Shown: in pieces, positions 49,001-60,859 of the stretch | How positions within the stretch are numbered: position 1 is the first letter of the stretch | How the letters are laid out: every line of letters starts with the position of its first letter | Assembly: GCA_965113315.1 (NCBI GenBank) | Contig: OZ220377.1 | Origin: Podarcis vaucheri | Taxonomy: Eukaryota | Direction: 5' to 3' (one strand) | Length of the DNA stretch: 64,000 nt | The notes under the pieces: generated by a model | What the model was told of the DNA's origin: nothing | Database searches by the model: none | What the model saw: the letters and a program-made list of their open reading frames with translations, nothing else | Made by a program: the position numbers and the translations under genes

Positions 49001-50083
49001 CAGAGACAAGAGGAGGCTCGTGAGTGGCAGACCTCCTTGCGCCTGAAAATTCTCATTTTGATGGAAGCTGTCAAAAGCCAGGAGACGGATGAGAGACTTG
49101 GTCTTTGGTATGGGAATCTTTTGGATTATTCAGGCCAGTTCTTCTGTCCTTGTCTAAGCCTCTAAATACCACATGTGTTGCCATAATTTCCTTAGAGAAA
49201 AGGTTACAAACTTTGTGATAAATCATTGTGTGGCCTTGGCTTAATCTTGCTTTTGTTGTCATATTTCCTCATTTCTAAAACCTTGTATCACTCTCAGCAA
49301 TACTGAAGTGTGAAACAGTTCAGAGTTTGCAGCCCATTTCCTTAGCTAACCAGAGCAAATAGCTCTCACATATTAGACAGGTCTTCACTCCCCTGACAAC
49401 CAAGTTGTGCTCAAGGCAGCTCTTTCCCCTTGCAGGTGACCTTCAAGCATGCAAATGACTATGTGATGTACGCCTGGGTGCAAGACAACGAGATTTCCTC
49501 TGAGGAGGATGCCAAGCAGGTGAGGGGGAAGTAGCCTGAGGTTATCACTGCTGGCTGCTTCGTTCCCGATGTTTTGCTGAATGCTGACTGCCTTTGCTTT
49601 ATTTTCCCCAGGTCTATCTCAGTGCTGAGGAGCTTCCAGCGACGGGAGGAGAGTTTCTCCTGGGTTATTACAGCAACACAATGCAATCCCTGGTTGGCAT
49701 CAGTCAGCCCTTTCAGGTATGGGACTGATGGGCTGACTCAATACAAGCCAGCTTCCTAGGTTCCTAGAACCCCCAGGGAGCTCTTCCCTATGTTCCTGGA
49801 ATCACCTGGGGAAATGGTTCTCCTCTTTGGATTACCTAGGCTACCTCACAGGATTGTTGTGAGGACAAAATAGAGAGCGGAAGAGAACCATATATGCCGC
49901 CCTGAGGTCCTTAAAGGAAAGGTGGGAGAGAACTGTAATAAATAATAAGAAACAAAAACAAAGACTGATCTCTCCTTTCAGATCCAACCAAGGAGAATGT
50001 TAGCAGAGAAGGACCTGGCCTGGGACGGAGTCAGCAAGATGCAGGAGCAGCTCTGTGATGAGAAACCACCGTGTGACTTTTGA
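39316..50083 (+). CDS. INPP5K: INPP5K (SKIP) inositol polyphosphate 5-phosphatase K, 460 aa: join(39316..39347,41123..41230,41727..41835,42768..42884,44064..44239,45127..45238,45697..45806,47134..47323,48228..48365,49436..49519,49612..49716,49982..50083)
   Basis: 1383 nt, frame-consistent. 5-phosphatase motifs [49 protein letters not shown] and SDHKPV, then a C-terminal SKICH domain (WDWIGLYKV...YYSN...GISQPFQI). All introns are GT-AG. Confidence 0.96.
40680..40957 (+). CDS. INPP5K: Alternative 5' coding exon of INPP5K (92-aa N-terminal extension; long isoform 542 aa)
   Basis: ATG at 40680 opens [23 protein letters not shown]...[18 protein letters not shown](R). Phase-2 donor ag|gtgccc joins exon 41123 in frame. 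Coding-like codon usage and retained CpGs. Confidence 0.75.
42170..42330 (+). mobile_element. Old CR1-type 3' tail
   Basis: gcctctgaatac...ttggccactatgggaagcagg...ggcccgatccag...cttcttatgttctt. Confidence 0.55.
43274..43408. mobile_element. Small hAT-like MITE
   Basis: Imperfect TIRs cagggctttttt and aaaatagcactg. Confidence 0.55.
43449..43947. mobile_element. Non-autonomous Tc1/mariner-superfamily (Tc2/pogo-like) element, TA TSD
   Basis: TA|CCGTATTTTGCGCCCCATAGGACGC ... GCGTCCTATAGGGCAAAAAATACGG|TA; CpG-rich interior with an internal ~29-bp duplication. Confidence 0.9.
46582..46706 (-). mobile_element. tRNA-Lys-derived SINE with CR1 tail
   Basis: The minus strand reads cagagcatgaggcttttaatctcagggtcatggatttgagccccactttgggc (tRNA-Lys-like), fused to gattcctgcactgcaagggggtgggctagatggccc...actctataattctacg (CR1 3' end). 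Confidence 0.75.
47765..48112 (+). mobile_element. Full-length Sauria SINE with 14-bp TSD
   Basis: tRNA-like head gggatgcgggtggcgctgtgggttaaacc, Sauria core gccaacctagcagttcgaaagc, Bov-B-like 3' end and accttt tail. TSD ttaagtggcagcac at 47751-47764 and 48113-48126. Confidence 0.95.
48393..48685 (+). mobile_element. Degenerate Squam3-like tRNA-SINE interrupted by a MITE
   Basis: ggggaaggatagtagctca...gaaagacccctgcctgaaaccctggagag...gtgtagac|MITE|...ccaatggcctg; similar to the copy at 52053. Confidence 0.55.
48512..48647. mobile_element. hAT MITE, 136 bp, with 37-bp perfect TIRs
   Basis: caggcacccccaaccttcggccctccagatgttttgg and its exact reverse complement; 8-bp flanks gtgtagac and ttgtaggc match at 6/8. 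Confidence 0.92.
49830..49950 (+). mobile_element. SINE/L2-type 3' tail
   Basis: ctacctcacaggattgttgtgagg...gccgccctgaggtcctt...aataaataataa; a related copy lies at ~13830-13915. Confidence 0.55.
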
Positions 50084-50224
50084 ACTGTGCCACGTGCCCC
50101 TGCAGCGGGGTCTGCGAGGAGGGAACCTCCTTCCTCTGCCTTAGAAACAGGCCTCTCTCTGAAGAAGGCTAGAAACACAGATGGGCATGTGAGTTTGAGC
50201 AGCCCAGAGCATCATTTCCTAGGA

Positions 50225-50230
50225 AATAAA
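50225..50230 (+). terminator. Candidate INPP5K poly(A) signal AATAAA
   Basis: First AATAAA after the stop codon, ~140 nt downstream. Confidence 0.45.
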
Positions 50231-52052
50231 TAGTTCTATTGCTGTCCCAGGAAGCTGGAACAAGGCTGTGCCTACCTTCAGCAACTAAAGAACCTTGACT
50301 AATTGTAGCTTTCCCAAGAGGACCCACCTTCCAGTGGCCTAGCGCAGGGCAGGGGGCACTTATTCCTGAGGCCTGCTGCTGCTTCCTTTTCCTAGGGGTT
50401 ATTTTAGGGCCCAGGCAATACACTGCAATATTAAGTAGTCGATGGTTGGTCCTGTTTTTTTAAAAACCAGCATTCCAGGATTCAGCTCCCTATTTTTATG
50501 AAATGCACTTAGAATTTACTTGGGAGCTGAAATACACTTTCTATCGTAAACGAAGAGAGTATGCCGTCAGTTGTGACATTTTGGTTGGTTGGAAATGAGC
50601 AGTCTTGACAGAGCAGTGAAGAGGGAGGGACTTGAGCAGCTCATGGCTTCTGTTATCTTTACTTCCAGCTGCCCCACTTCCTGTGGTAGTTTTAATCTCC
50701 AAGAGCTCAGTGCTTGAAATTCTGGAGGTAAATCTACATCCATCCAACCAACCAGCTGACATTTGCTTGGAATGTGGGAGTTCTTGATGGCCTGTCGCAT
50801 AAAAAGCCCCCGGCCATGCTGGTGATTTCACCTGGGGTTATTTTGAGCTGTACAACAAGGGAAGCCAATGTGGTGCCGTCCAGATGATGTTGGCCCCCCA
50901 ACTCCTATCAGCCACAGCCAGCATGGCCAAAGGTCAGGAAAGAACAGGGGCAGGTGTTATCTCCCCCTTCCCCTTCTGGAGCAAGCTCCGCAGCAACACA
51001 GCCTTGCTGGCACCTTCCTGGGGCCAGTCCTCACCTGGATGCGGATTTCCTGCACCTTTGCACAATTTCTGTGGACCTGGCCTGTCTCCTTCAGCCCATG
51101 TTTCTGCAGTGTGTGGCTCCACTCGGCACTCAAGGCCCCTGCCAGGATGGGCTCCTGCGCTGCACTCTCTGCAGCCCCCAAGCTCATAAAGCAAAGCCGG
51201 CTAGTTCTTCTCTGTATGCAAGTGATGTGGAGGCTGCTGTTGGCAACATGTTGTGTGTGGATATGACTTGGCCGCTGCAGGGATTCCCTTTGCTGCTCAT
51301 GCCTTTGCACTCACAAGGGAGGGAGAGAAATATGGATGCCCCTGCCCTCTGGGCACTTCTCAGCTGCTCCTGTGACTCAAAGGTTTTCCGTGGAGAAAAG
51401 GTACCAAACTGCCAAGAGAACAGGAGAAACCTGGGCTGAAATAATTAGTGGTGGGTGTTATCATGGTGGGCAGCCTTTGAGCTCTGAGATAAGGCAGATG
51501 CACCCACCAAAATCCTTATGTACAAGCACTTTCACTTTGTCTTGTCTGAATTACTCCTGTTGCATCTGGACTAGTTTCCATTTCTCCCAATGCAGTTTCT
51601 GTTTCCGAGAAGGTGGCCATCTCGCTCCCTTCTAGACTCAGACCAAGTGTAAGTATGGGAGGTTTTTGAATGGGGCAAATTTCCCCGTGCCTGTTAGCAG
51701 GTGAGCTTCAGTCACTGCCTAATGGATTTAAAGTTAAATTGTGGCAGATGGACAGCAGGATTCTTATGTGAATTGGCCCACAAGAAGGGTGCCCTGCCTG
51801 GCAAAGCCTGACTCTTCGCTTGAGCCTCGCATTCTACCTGGGGCAGGAACTTCCTTGGGAGCCAGCGGTGGCAGGTGCTTTTCTGTATGTCACTTTGTTA
51901 CATGCGTGAAGATATATTGAGAGCGGTTTTTTATTGTCTTTTCGGTAAACACCCTCAAGATACTGTCTGGGGTCATTGCTGTGACGGACATATTTTTTGT
52001 TTTAATCTTTCTGTTTGAGAGCTCTGTCGCAGCCTGGGAAAGGACTCTCTTC

Positions 52053-52193
52053 AGGAAGGGCCATAGCTCAGAGCAACTGCCTTGCATGCAGAAGGCTGCT
52101 GGTTCAATCGGCAGGTAGGGCTGGCAGAGTCTGAAACCCAGGCAGTGCAAACAGTACTAAGCTAGATGGACCAGTGGCATAAGGCAGCTTCCT
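52053..52193 (+). mobile_element. Squam3-like tRNA-derived SINE with internal deletions
   Basis: ggaagggccatagctcag...tgcatgcagaagg...ggttcaatc...gctagatggacca...ataaggcagcttcct. Confidence 0.7.
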
Positions 52194-52671
52194 CAGTGGA
52201 ATTTCATTTTCTCCTCTTTTAAGCATCCTGGCCATCCACTTCCTTTGTTCTTTGCTGTGCGAATTTAAGAGAAGCATCGTATTTGTGTCATTGTATCATG
52301 ACATCATTTTTATGTGTGAGAGAGATTCACCCCGAAAATTGTTTGGCAGTCAGGTGTGCTCTGTCAACACAGAACAAGATGTGGCAAAGCAGGTGTTCCA
52401 TCCTTTCACTGTGCCAAAGAGTCTTGTGGCCTAGGGGTCACACTTCTCCATACCAAACCGGTTCACAGTTAAATCTGCCATTAAATCTAGTCCTGGTGTT
52501 GACACCCAAGTGGTAGGAAACACTTTTCATCAGCTTTGATTGGTTTACCAGTGTGCATCTCCTCTTGAGTAATTACTTGGCCACATCTGCAGTTGATAAC
52601 ATCCAAGAACTGTGGGGGACTGACTAGGAAAAATGTCCAAGCTACTGAATATGTCTCGGCAATACTTACAA

Positions 52672-53145
52672 GACTGCCACTGGGTTGCTGTTGGTTTCTG
52701 GGTGCAGTTCAAGGTGCTTCTCCTACTGTTTTTTAAAGCCTAATTCCTTAAAGGGTACCTGAAGGAGCTCTGCTTCCTCCCATATGAACCTGCTGGTTCC
52801 TGGAGACCACTGTCTTAAGGTCCAGCTCCTGGCACCTCACTGTCACGGGTCAGGCAGGTGGTGATTTGGGACAGGGTGTTTTCTGTGCTGGTGCCTTGCT
52901 TTTGTGATACACTTTCAATTGCATCAACTTTTTTTTTTTTTAATCATGTTTTAGGTACCAAGTAACAACTGTATTTCCCCCAACCCCTCATCTGTTATTT
53001 GCTGTATTTTGCTGCTGCTGCTGCTATTTGTCTTCACTGCTTAGTTTGTATTGTGCTTCTATACTATTTTATTTTAGATGGTAACTTGTCTTGCAGCCCT
53101 TGAGGTGAATCACAAATGGTTTAAAGAAGAAATATAAAAATAAAT
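52672..53145 (+). mobile_element. Old degenerate L2 3' fragment
   Basis: cactgggttgctgttggtttctgggtgcagttcaaggtgctt (a decayed HWLPV.FRVQFKVL) ... acagggtgttttctgtgctggtgcct. Confidence 0.65.
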
Positions 53146-53192
53146 GTTAACTCTGATAGTTACTCTGCCTCCCAGTTGTTGCTGTTGTCTCT

Positions 53193-53211
53193 GAGCCACA
53201 AGGGGGCACTG
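53193..53211 (+). promoter_or_regulatory. CTCF motif, forward orientation
   Basis: GAGCCACAAGGGGGCACTG fits CCASNAGRGGGCRC. Confidence 0.55.
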
Positions 53212-56200
53212 CAGAGGGCGCAGATTCTGCTGAAACGGTTCCAGCTGTTTCTCGGGCGTGGTCTCTCCTCTGGAAGCTCTTCTGAGTGATGGCAGTGCAG
53301 AAGTCTTCACCATTAGTAGGGTGCGCCTGCCTTTAAGTGAGGCATGTGTGTGTCCTGAACCCTGGTGCATCCCATTGCACAAGGGGGAAGGGGGTTGCTG
53401 GGGAGACGTGGAGATTGTTAGCGTGAAAAGAGATGGTCCTGCCCACTGCCATTGGCAGGGGACGCCTATCTGGGAAGATTCCCCCCACTCCCCGCTTCAA
53501 ACTTGGGATGCAAAGTTTTTTCACAGCTCAAGAGAGTCTTCTGTTTTGGCTCCTATTGGCAGAGGGAGAACAGATCCTCCAGACCACAAAACAAGACCGG
53601 AATTGATCACTTGCTTCAGAAATGCCAGTTCAGAAATGTGCCAGGGAAAACTGCTGACACTTTTGAACTGAGTGGGTGGATCTGTCTTTAGTAAGCTAAT
53701 CTCTCGGCAGAACAATGCTGCTACTACCACCGGCTGCAGTGGAAAGTCGTCTAATTAAATCTTCCCAGCTTGTGGCTTTTCCAAGCCTTTGTGGCAGAGT
53801 GCAACCTGGGGTGGGAGGAGGAAGAGGGCCTGTGCTGCTGATGGAAGCAGATAACCAGGCAGGGAGCGGCTGGCTCCACAGGGCAGGCGCAGGGAGCCTG
53901 AGAGGGAAGAGATGACTGAGCCAGAGGCGGAGGGGAGGGAGACTGGAAAGTATTTGAGGAGAGGCTTGAACATGGAAACAACTAGGCAACTTTTAAAAAA
54001 TCTGCTAGGCATACAAGAAAACTGGGAGGAGTTCTCACATCCGTCCTTCCCCCTCCCAGCACTGTTGTTCACTGGTTAATGAACTGAAACAATCCTGTTC
54101 ATGGTGTCCTCCAAAAGCAGTGCTACAATGATAGGAAAGATTTGCTTTGACACAGCCTTCTGTGACCTGGCACCCTCAGGATAGGATGGCCTGCAGCTCT
54201 CAGCACCAGGCATCTGGAGGGCACCAGCTGGCAAAGGTTGCGAAAACAATTTTGTGTTCTTTTGTGATCTAGTAAGATGCTGTGAACTCCTTGGCCTGGC
54301 TCAGCTCTCCCCCCACCCCCACCCCCCACTAGTAGCACTGCAGAAGCGCCAATGCAAAGCAAGGAGGAGGGAGAAGAAATCGCCACTGAGGTTCACAATG
54401 CAAAGAAGAAGGGTTTTGATGTGTGTGTTTAAAAAAGCCGAATCTGGGTTGCTACTGAAACGAAGTACACTTGAAACAAGCGGAAGCGTCAGGAGATAAA
54501 ACTTCTGACAGGGTTGGCATTCTGGGACAGCTGCCAAGGCCCCAAAACCTAACCCAGTTCACTGCCCCAGAGATGCTGGAGCAGCAACCCCCATGGCCTG
54601 CCCTCTGTCTTGCGGCACCATCAGCCTCCCACCCCTTGAAGTGGCGGCCACTGATTCCCACCTCTTGCGCTGCTGAGGGGGGCGGGCAGGTAGGTGGTGG
54701 CAGAAGCTGCTGCTTGCTCCTGTCCCATTGCCTTTGGTTCGTCCACCTGACTGCATGGGGGAGCAGCAGGCAGCTTCTCCCTGGCACAATGGGGCTTGGG
54801 CCTAGCAGGTGGCAGCAGCTCCTTATTGCCCCCCCTCCACTCAACACACCCTCCAGATAAAGCTGCTTCCACACTGCTTCGCTTCCTCCTTCCTTGCCTG
54901 CAGAAATCTTCCTACAAAGCCCTGCCCTAGAAGCCAGTTATGGCTGCCTGCCAAGAAGACGGCTGGCCCCTGACCCGATTGATTGACAGACGACTACACA
55001 TGCCCTGGAGGCAGCAAAGTGGGCCATCAGTGTTGAGAGCGATGAGACAGTATTTCTGCAAGTTCTCTTCCGCTCCCAATCCTCCTGGTTTCAGAGCCAG
55101 AGAAAGATTTTGCAGCGAGGGTGAGGGTTCCTCTGCTCTCCGCTTCCTGAACTGTCTGTGGGCAGCAGCACAGGTAAAGCCTGGCTGCTGGATGTTAGAG
55201 GCACGAAAGCAGTCTATGAGGTGTCTTGTGGGGTTTTTAATTCCCAGCATGGGCCCGGAAAGAAGCTAGAGGGTTGGGCAGGGGTGTGTGCGTGTGGGGG
55301 GGGGGGCAGGGGGAGTCTTTCCTCTTGGGACAGAGCAGAATGTTCTTTCAAGGATTTCTTCCCAAAGTGATTCTGATTTTCTCTCACCCAAGCTGCAGCT
55401 CCTCTGTAAACACCCAGCACTGACATCAATCTGCAACTTTTTTGCACAACTGCTGAAGGCCTAGGAGTCCTTTTTCTGGCACTGCATCAGACAGCCACAG
55501 ACTCATAACTGTCTTTTGTTTAAGTCTTAGGTGCCAAGCTGTACTAGGGAAGTAACAAGAAGTCACGGACTGATTGTGTCCAAGGGTTTTCTTTTTTCCA
55601 GTTGCCATAGGCTTGCTTTCTGGCTTTGGACCAGCCATTTCTCCTCACTCTGATGAGAAGTAGCTGGTGTGGTTTGCTGGGAAGAGTTGGAGCAGGAGCA
55701 AGTAGGGAATGGGAGCCTGAGGGTGGGGGCACCAGCCACCATCAGGAATGACTTGCAATAGATTTTGCTAACTTAACTATCAGCTATTTAGTGAAATCCT
55801 CAGAACCAAAGACAGCCAAAATCATCATCATGTGGCAAGGGTGTGTGGGGGAATACACCCATTTTCAGCAAGGAGCAGCAGAAAAACTAGACTCCAAGGG
55901 AACTTTTGGGTGACCAGGAAAAGTAATGTGACTTAATTATGTTAGCAGAGTTGGGAGCAACCTTTCTGTTAAAGTGGGTCAAATTTGACAGTGCTGTGTT
56001 GGGAGGCTTTCACATGATTGTGGCTGTTCAAACTTTAGTTCGAAATCAGTCCCTGCTCTTTTTACTCCTCTTAGGCAAGGAGGTTGAGTCAACCGTCTTC
56101 CACCAATTCAAAATCTGCAGGCTCCTTCAAGCTTCTCCTTGTTAGTGGTAGACAGGCTGGGGTGCTGGAAACTCTGGCTCTACAATTAAGTCCTCGCATT

Positions 56201-57729
56201 CTGAGTGGTGGCTTCCGAAAGTGCGTAAAATGCTATGGCAAGGGGACCCCCAGTGTGTGCGTATGTGTGTCCCAAGCAATGGCATGAAAGAATGACAAAT
56301 ACCTGCTGAGGCCAGCATGCTGCAACTGCCAGTGTGGATGAGGAAGGCCAAGCTCTCTCTTGGGCAGGAAGAACTCCTGCCAGATGACCCTTCCCTGCCC
56401 CCCCATCTGTCAGATACTTGGCAGCTGCTGGCTCCATCAGTCTTCCATAGGCTGTTTCTCAAAGAAAACATTTGTCTGCTTTCAAGTTGCCTAAGTGAAA
56501 TCACTTGAGGACAATTCAGCCAGAGGGAATGTTTCAGAAGTGAAACACTGCAGGTTTCTTCAGACAGCTTGCTCCCCCCTCTCCATCCCTTAAGGCAGGC
56601 AGGAGCCATCAAGGGTCACCCCCTCTCTTGGGGATAAATAGTGAATCTCTGCATTTACATAGCACAGCTTTATGTAAACAGGAAATGTTTCCAAGATATT
56701 TCGCATGTTTTCTGGACCCTAAAATATCCACTGATAAGAGCCATTGTTTCTTCCCCCACTGCTTCCTGCAAACTAAATTATGATTTCCTTGAGACAGCCC
56801 AGCCTTAGAGTCCCAGAACATTGTCTCCTGTCTTACCTGATTATCCTGGAACGTGGACCAAGCAAGGCAATTTCTCTGAAGGGCAGGAGACAAAGTTCAC
56901 GGAGGCTGGCGGGACTCATCACAAAGAGGCAGTTACAGCCCTTGCGGGTGAATTTCCAGAGCACTCCCCATCAGGAAGCAGTTGCAGGGTAACACTGCAG
57001 CGTGGGAGGAAATCAGTAGTGTATGTCCACCAGATCATTCGTTCATTCTCTCTTCCTTCAAAACCTGAATGGGGACTGACCAGGCACCCCACCAAGAGGG
57101 GGAGGGAGGTTGCAGCATAGTTGTGACACCCTTGCATTCTCAACTGCACTGTCAACAATTGAAGTATATTTAGCTATTTCACTGGATGCCTAACTAACTC
57201 TGATTTCTGCAAACAAACCTCTGTATAGGTTTCCTACCTAAGTCCACCAAGTTCAAAACCTTTCCCTTTCTTCCTCCTCCTCACTGTCCCATTGCATTCG
57301 GGATTATGCCACTCTTTCTTACAGCCAGTGACACACCAGAGCCAAGGTGGCTCCATAAATAAATATAAGATTCATCAGAACTGTGAGACATCTTGGAAAA
57401 CATGAAGTCTTTGAAAGGACACTGTTATTTTATACTAGAAGGTAACTTTTCTCTTTCAACACAAGTTTGATACCTGGGCGAGGGTGCCTCTTCCCACCCT
57501 GGTTTGGGTAGTGTACGTGACAGCTGAGCTTGATACCAGTCTATTTTTAAGAGAGGTGGGATTTCAATCTCTGATGAAGTTGATTAATCAGACCAATTAA
57601 CCCTAACTCCACCTTGAACCCTTAGCAGGAGTGATTCTAGCACTAATATAAGCTCAATTTTATCAGCAAAGGCGGCAGATGGGTAACAAAAGCCAACAGT
57701 AACAGCTGAGAGTTTTTCTTTTTCATATA

Positions 57730-57907
57730 CCATATTTACTCAGGTCTAAAGCACCATTGAATCTAATGCACACCTCAATTTTCAGAACCTTGAAATAAAA
57801 AACAGGGATTGCTGGCGAATGTAAATGTGCTGTCGAATCTAATGCACCTTGATTTTTGCAACATAATTTAGCCAAAAAACGTGAGCATTAGATTCAAGTA
57901 AATACAG
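57730..57907. mobile_element. Older Tc2/pogo-like MITE, TA TSD
   Basis: TA|ccatatttactc ... aagtaaatacag|TA, with internal repeated gaatctaatgcac. Confidence 0.7.
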
Positions 57908-59468
57908 TACATATGTATTTCTGGGCATGCTCATCACCCCTCAACATTTAAAGTTTCAGCAAATAAATTACTTAAAAGTACATTTTCCCAAACAAAAATA
58001 AACTAGTTTTATTTTTGGATTGCTTATCTCGGGGGAATATATTTGGACAGCTGTGTCCCAGCCTCCCTTTCTCCTCAGTGTGCTCTTTGGCTCCTTTCCA
58101 CCTTCGTTTAGTTCCTGGTCCCCCCCTCCCCCATTTTACATCTATTTCTTAAAACCTGTTCTTATATTTTGTTTCAGCCTGGGTCTTAAGGCACATCCAT
58201 TAAACCACTTCTGAAGGAAAAGAGAGATTCAAGTCTGCTCCATGTTTTTAGGAATAGGAGAAACTGTTGGCAAGTACTTCCCACCAAGGAATTTGCTTTG
58301 GAAATGGGAAACTTATTCTGGAAAAGACATAAGCAGACTCAGAAGCAGTGACACAGCCTGTTCTGGAAGGGGTAGTGTTCCTTCTTTTGAGCCTGGCTGG
58401 AGGCAGATGCTGGGCAGTAGCTGGGCTTTGGCTGCTGTGTCTGTCCTGGAGAAGGCAAATCTGGCCACTTTCATCACCCATGATGTCTTGGTCACATATT
58501 TCAACTACTGTAAAACTATCTTTGACAAGGGCTTTGCAGCTGGTGGAGACTTATAGGATTTCCTCTGTTCCTCTCTATCTGTTTATAGATATCAATATCC
58601 TTCCCCTCCAGCAGAAACATGGAGGGGGCCACATTATTATTTATTAAATTTGTATATTGCCCTTCATCCATAGACCTTGAGGCTGTTCACATGCAGGGAG
58701 GGTCTTTTTTGGCTGTGGTACCAGTGCAGACTCTGGTCCTCCTTCCTTTGGGCGCAGCCTCTCTTCTCCCTGGCCATTTCACAGACTGGTAAAGACTGTC
58801 ATGCAGGTGTTCAGATCGGATTATCACTGCCATATATTTGCCTACTGCCAGTGGTGGCCTTTTTTTATATAGTATATGTGTTTGCAGCTCTTTTTATGCC
58901 GTTTCCACTGTTTTTTGTTAATAAAACAGCTTGCTGACTTCAGGAGCCTTTGGGTGAAAAGTTGCCCATATAATTTACCAAATTAGCACACAAACAAAGC
59001 TTTGCCCCTTAGGAAGAGGTCTGACAGAAAGAAAGACACACATGGCGCCGGCTGGGCAAGGGGGACCAGGAGGGCTAATGTACCCGGAGAGGAAAAGAGC
59101 CCTTCCGCTGCAGCTTCTCAGGGCAGAACAGCCAAGGTCACAAAGGTGGTGCCAAAAATTGCAGATGTCCATCCAGGTCTCTAGAGTCCCCTGGGTCTGA
59201 GAGAAGAAACATTGGAGTTAAAAGCAATAAGCAAAGACATAAATTAAAGGCTCTTGGAACAGCTGAAAGGACGTGGAAACAAGTGCTTGAACTGCATTGT
59301 TGCTTGAGCTCACACCTAGAGCTTGTACAAACACAGGCCTCCAGTTCTTCCGCTGCTGGGCCAAGAAGGCTGTTTATTGTGCTGCTGCTCCTTCAGAGAA
59401 TGCCAGGACTGTTCGATGTCCGCCGGCTGCAGAGGGATGGTGAAAACCAGAGACCGAACCCTGGGAGG

Positions 59469-59516
59469 ATGGAGCTGCGGACCAAGTTTATCCCCACCGG
59501 AGAAATGATTTGCCAG
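59469..59516 (+). CDS. MYO1C: MYO1C isoform-A-like upstream coding exon, MELRTKFIPTGEMICQ (an in-frame ATG also at 59400)
   Basis: Resembles the recalled human MYO1C isoform A N-terminus MALQVELVPTGEIIRV. Kozak aggATGg; phase-0 donor cag|gttggt; lies upstream of the CpG-island exon in the syntenic position. Confidence 0.7.
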
Positions 59517-60633
59517 GTTGGTCAGGATTGAGGGGCTAAGCCTGTAAGCATGGCTCTTCTTGTGCTGCCTAAACCTGCTTTCCTTTTCTTGTTTTGGTAA
59601 CTTGGCACAGACAAACACGAAGAGGGAGGCACGATTCAGGAAGGGTTCTATCAGTGCGAGGGAACTGCTGCATGGCTTGTGAAGAGAATGAGGACAATAC
59701 CCAGTGACAACTTCAAGCTTTGAGAAAACTGGCCCTTGCAAGGCCAGAGGAAGGAGGAGACAACGGTGTCCATATTTCAGACCACTGGACTGATGCTATA
59801 GCAAGTTAAAAGCAAACACAGTGAAATCTGTCAAGGTGGTCAAGTAGCAGGGGCGGAGGCATAAAGGAAAAGGCTCCAAGAGCCGTGTAAAATTAGCTGG
59901 ACTTCAGGCCATCTCTATGTTGGTGAATGATTGGATCTGGAATACCATACGGGTGAAGAGGAGGCATTTGTTGGTTTGGGCTTTACACATCTCTCCCAAT
60001 ATCTGCTCTGTTGCTTTAAATTAAGGTTGCCTGCAGGTTTCTAACTCTTTGTGCATGTGACATAGGCAGGATTCCAAATTCAAGAGGTCACAAAGGTTGG
60101 AGTGGACGTTTCTGGCTTTATTGGGACCTCCAAAAGCTAACAGCCTGCATTGCCAAAGGATGTTGGCTCTTAGCTTTATACAGTCCAGTTGAATGATTAT
60201 TGCTCTGCCTGCAGTTGGTCTTCCCCAGTGTCTATTGTGGTGGACCATGGGCTGGGCTGTGGGGCACAAGTGGCTATACCCGATGTGGGAGCCACAGGGG
60301 AAAGCCTTCCTTGCCCTGTGCTCTCTGGCGACAAGATGTGGCTCTCAAGTTACCCTGGGACTCTTTCCCCACTCTCCAGGATGTTCCTAGTAACAAGGGC
60401 TAGGCCCTGTCATAACGGCAGGATTTCTCTCTCCCCCCCACCCCTTTGGCTCTGCTGTGGTTGTTTATCTCTGCCCTCTCAGACAGCTCCTGTGCCCATG
60501 TGGTACCAGCCAATGCGCCAATGTGAAATGGTTGTGGGGAAGAGGACTCAGAGGGCGGGTAACATTCTGGGCTGCCATAGCCTGCTGATGGAGCTTGTGG
60601 TGACGGCAGCAGGGTTGGCTTGCCAGTACTGTA

Positions 60634-60859
60634 CAGTGGTACCTCGGGTTACATACGCTTCAGGTTACAGACTCTGCTAACCCAGAAATAGTACCTCGGG
60701 TTAAGTACTTTGCTTCAGGATGAGAACAGAAATTGTGCTCCGGCGGCACAGTGGCAGCAGGAGGCCCCATTAACTAAAGTGGTGCTTCAGGTTAAGAACA
60801 GTTTCATGTTAAGAACAGACCTCTGGAACGAATTAAGTACTTAACCCGAGGTACCACTG
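60634..60859. mobile_element. Tigger-like (pogo) MITE, TA TSD
   Basis: TA|CAGTGGTACCTCGGGTTA ... TAACCCGAGGTACCACTG|TA; 18-bp perfect TIRs. Confidence 0.92.

Noticed and set aside
50066-50083. CaaX prenylation motif at the INPP5K C-terminus (PPCDF*)
   Set aside because: The cysteine is third from the end, not fourth
53972-54079. Short ORF METTRQLLKNLLGIQENWEEFSHP... as a further MYO1C exon or micropeptide
   Set aside because: The Kozak context is good, but there is no convincing donor and no homology I can recognise
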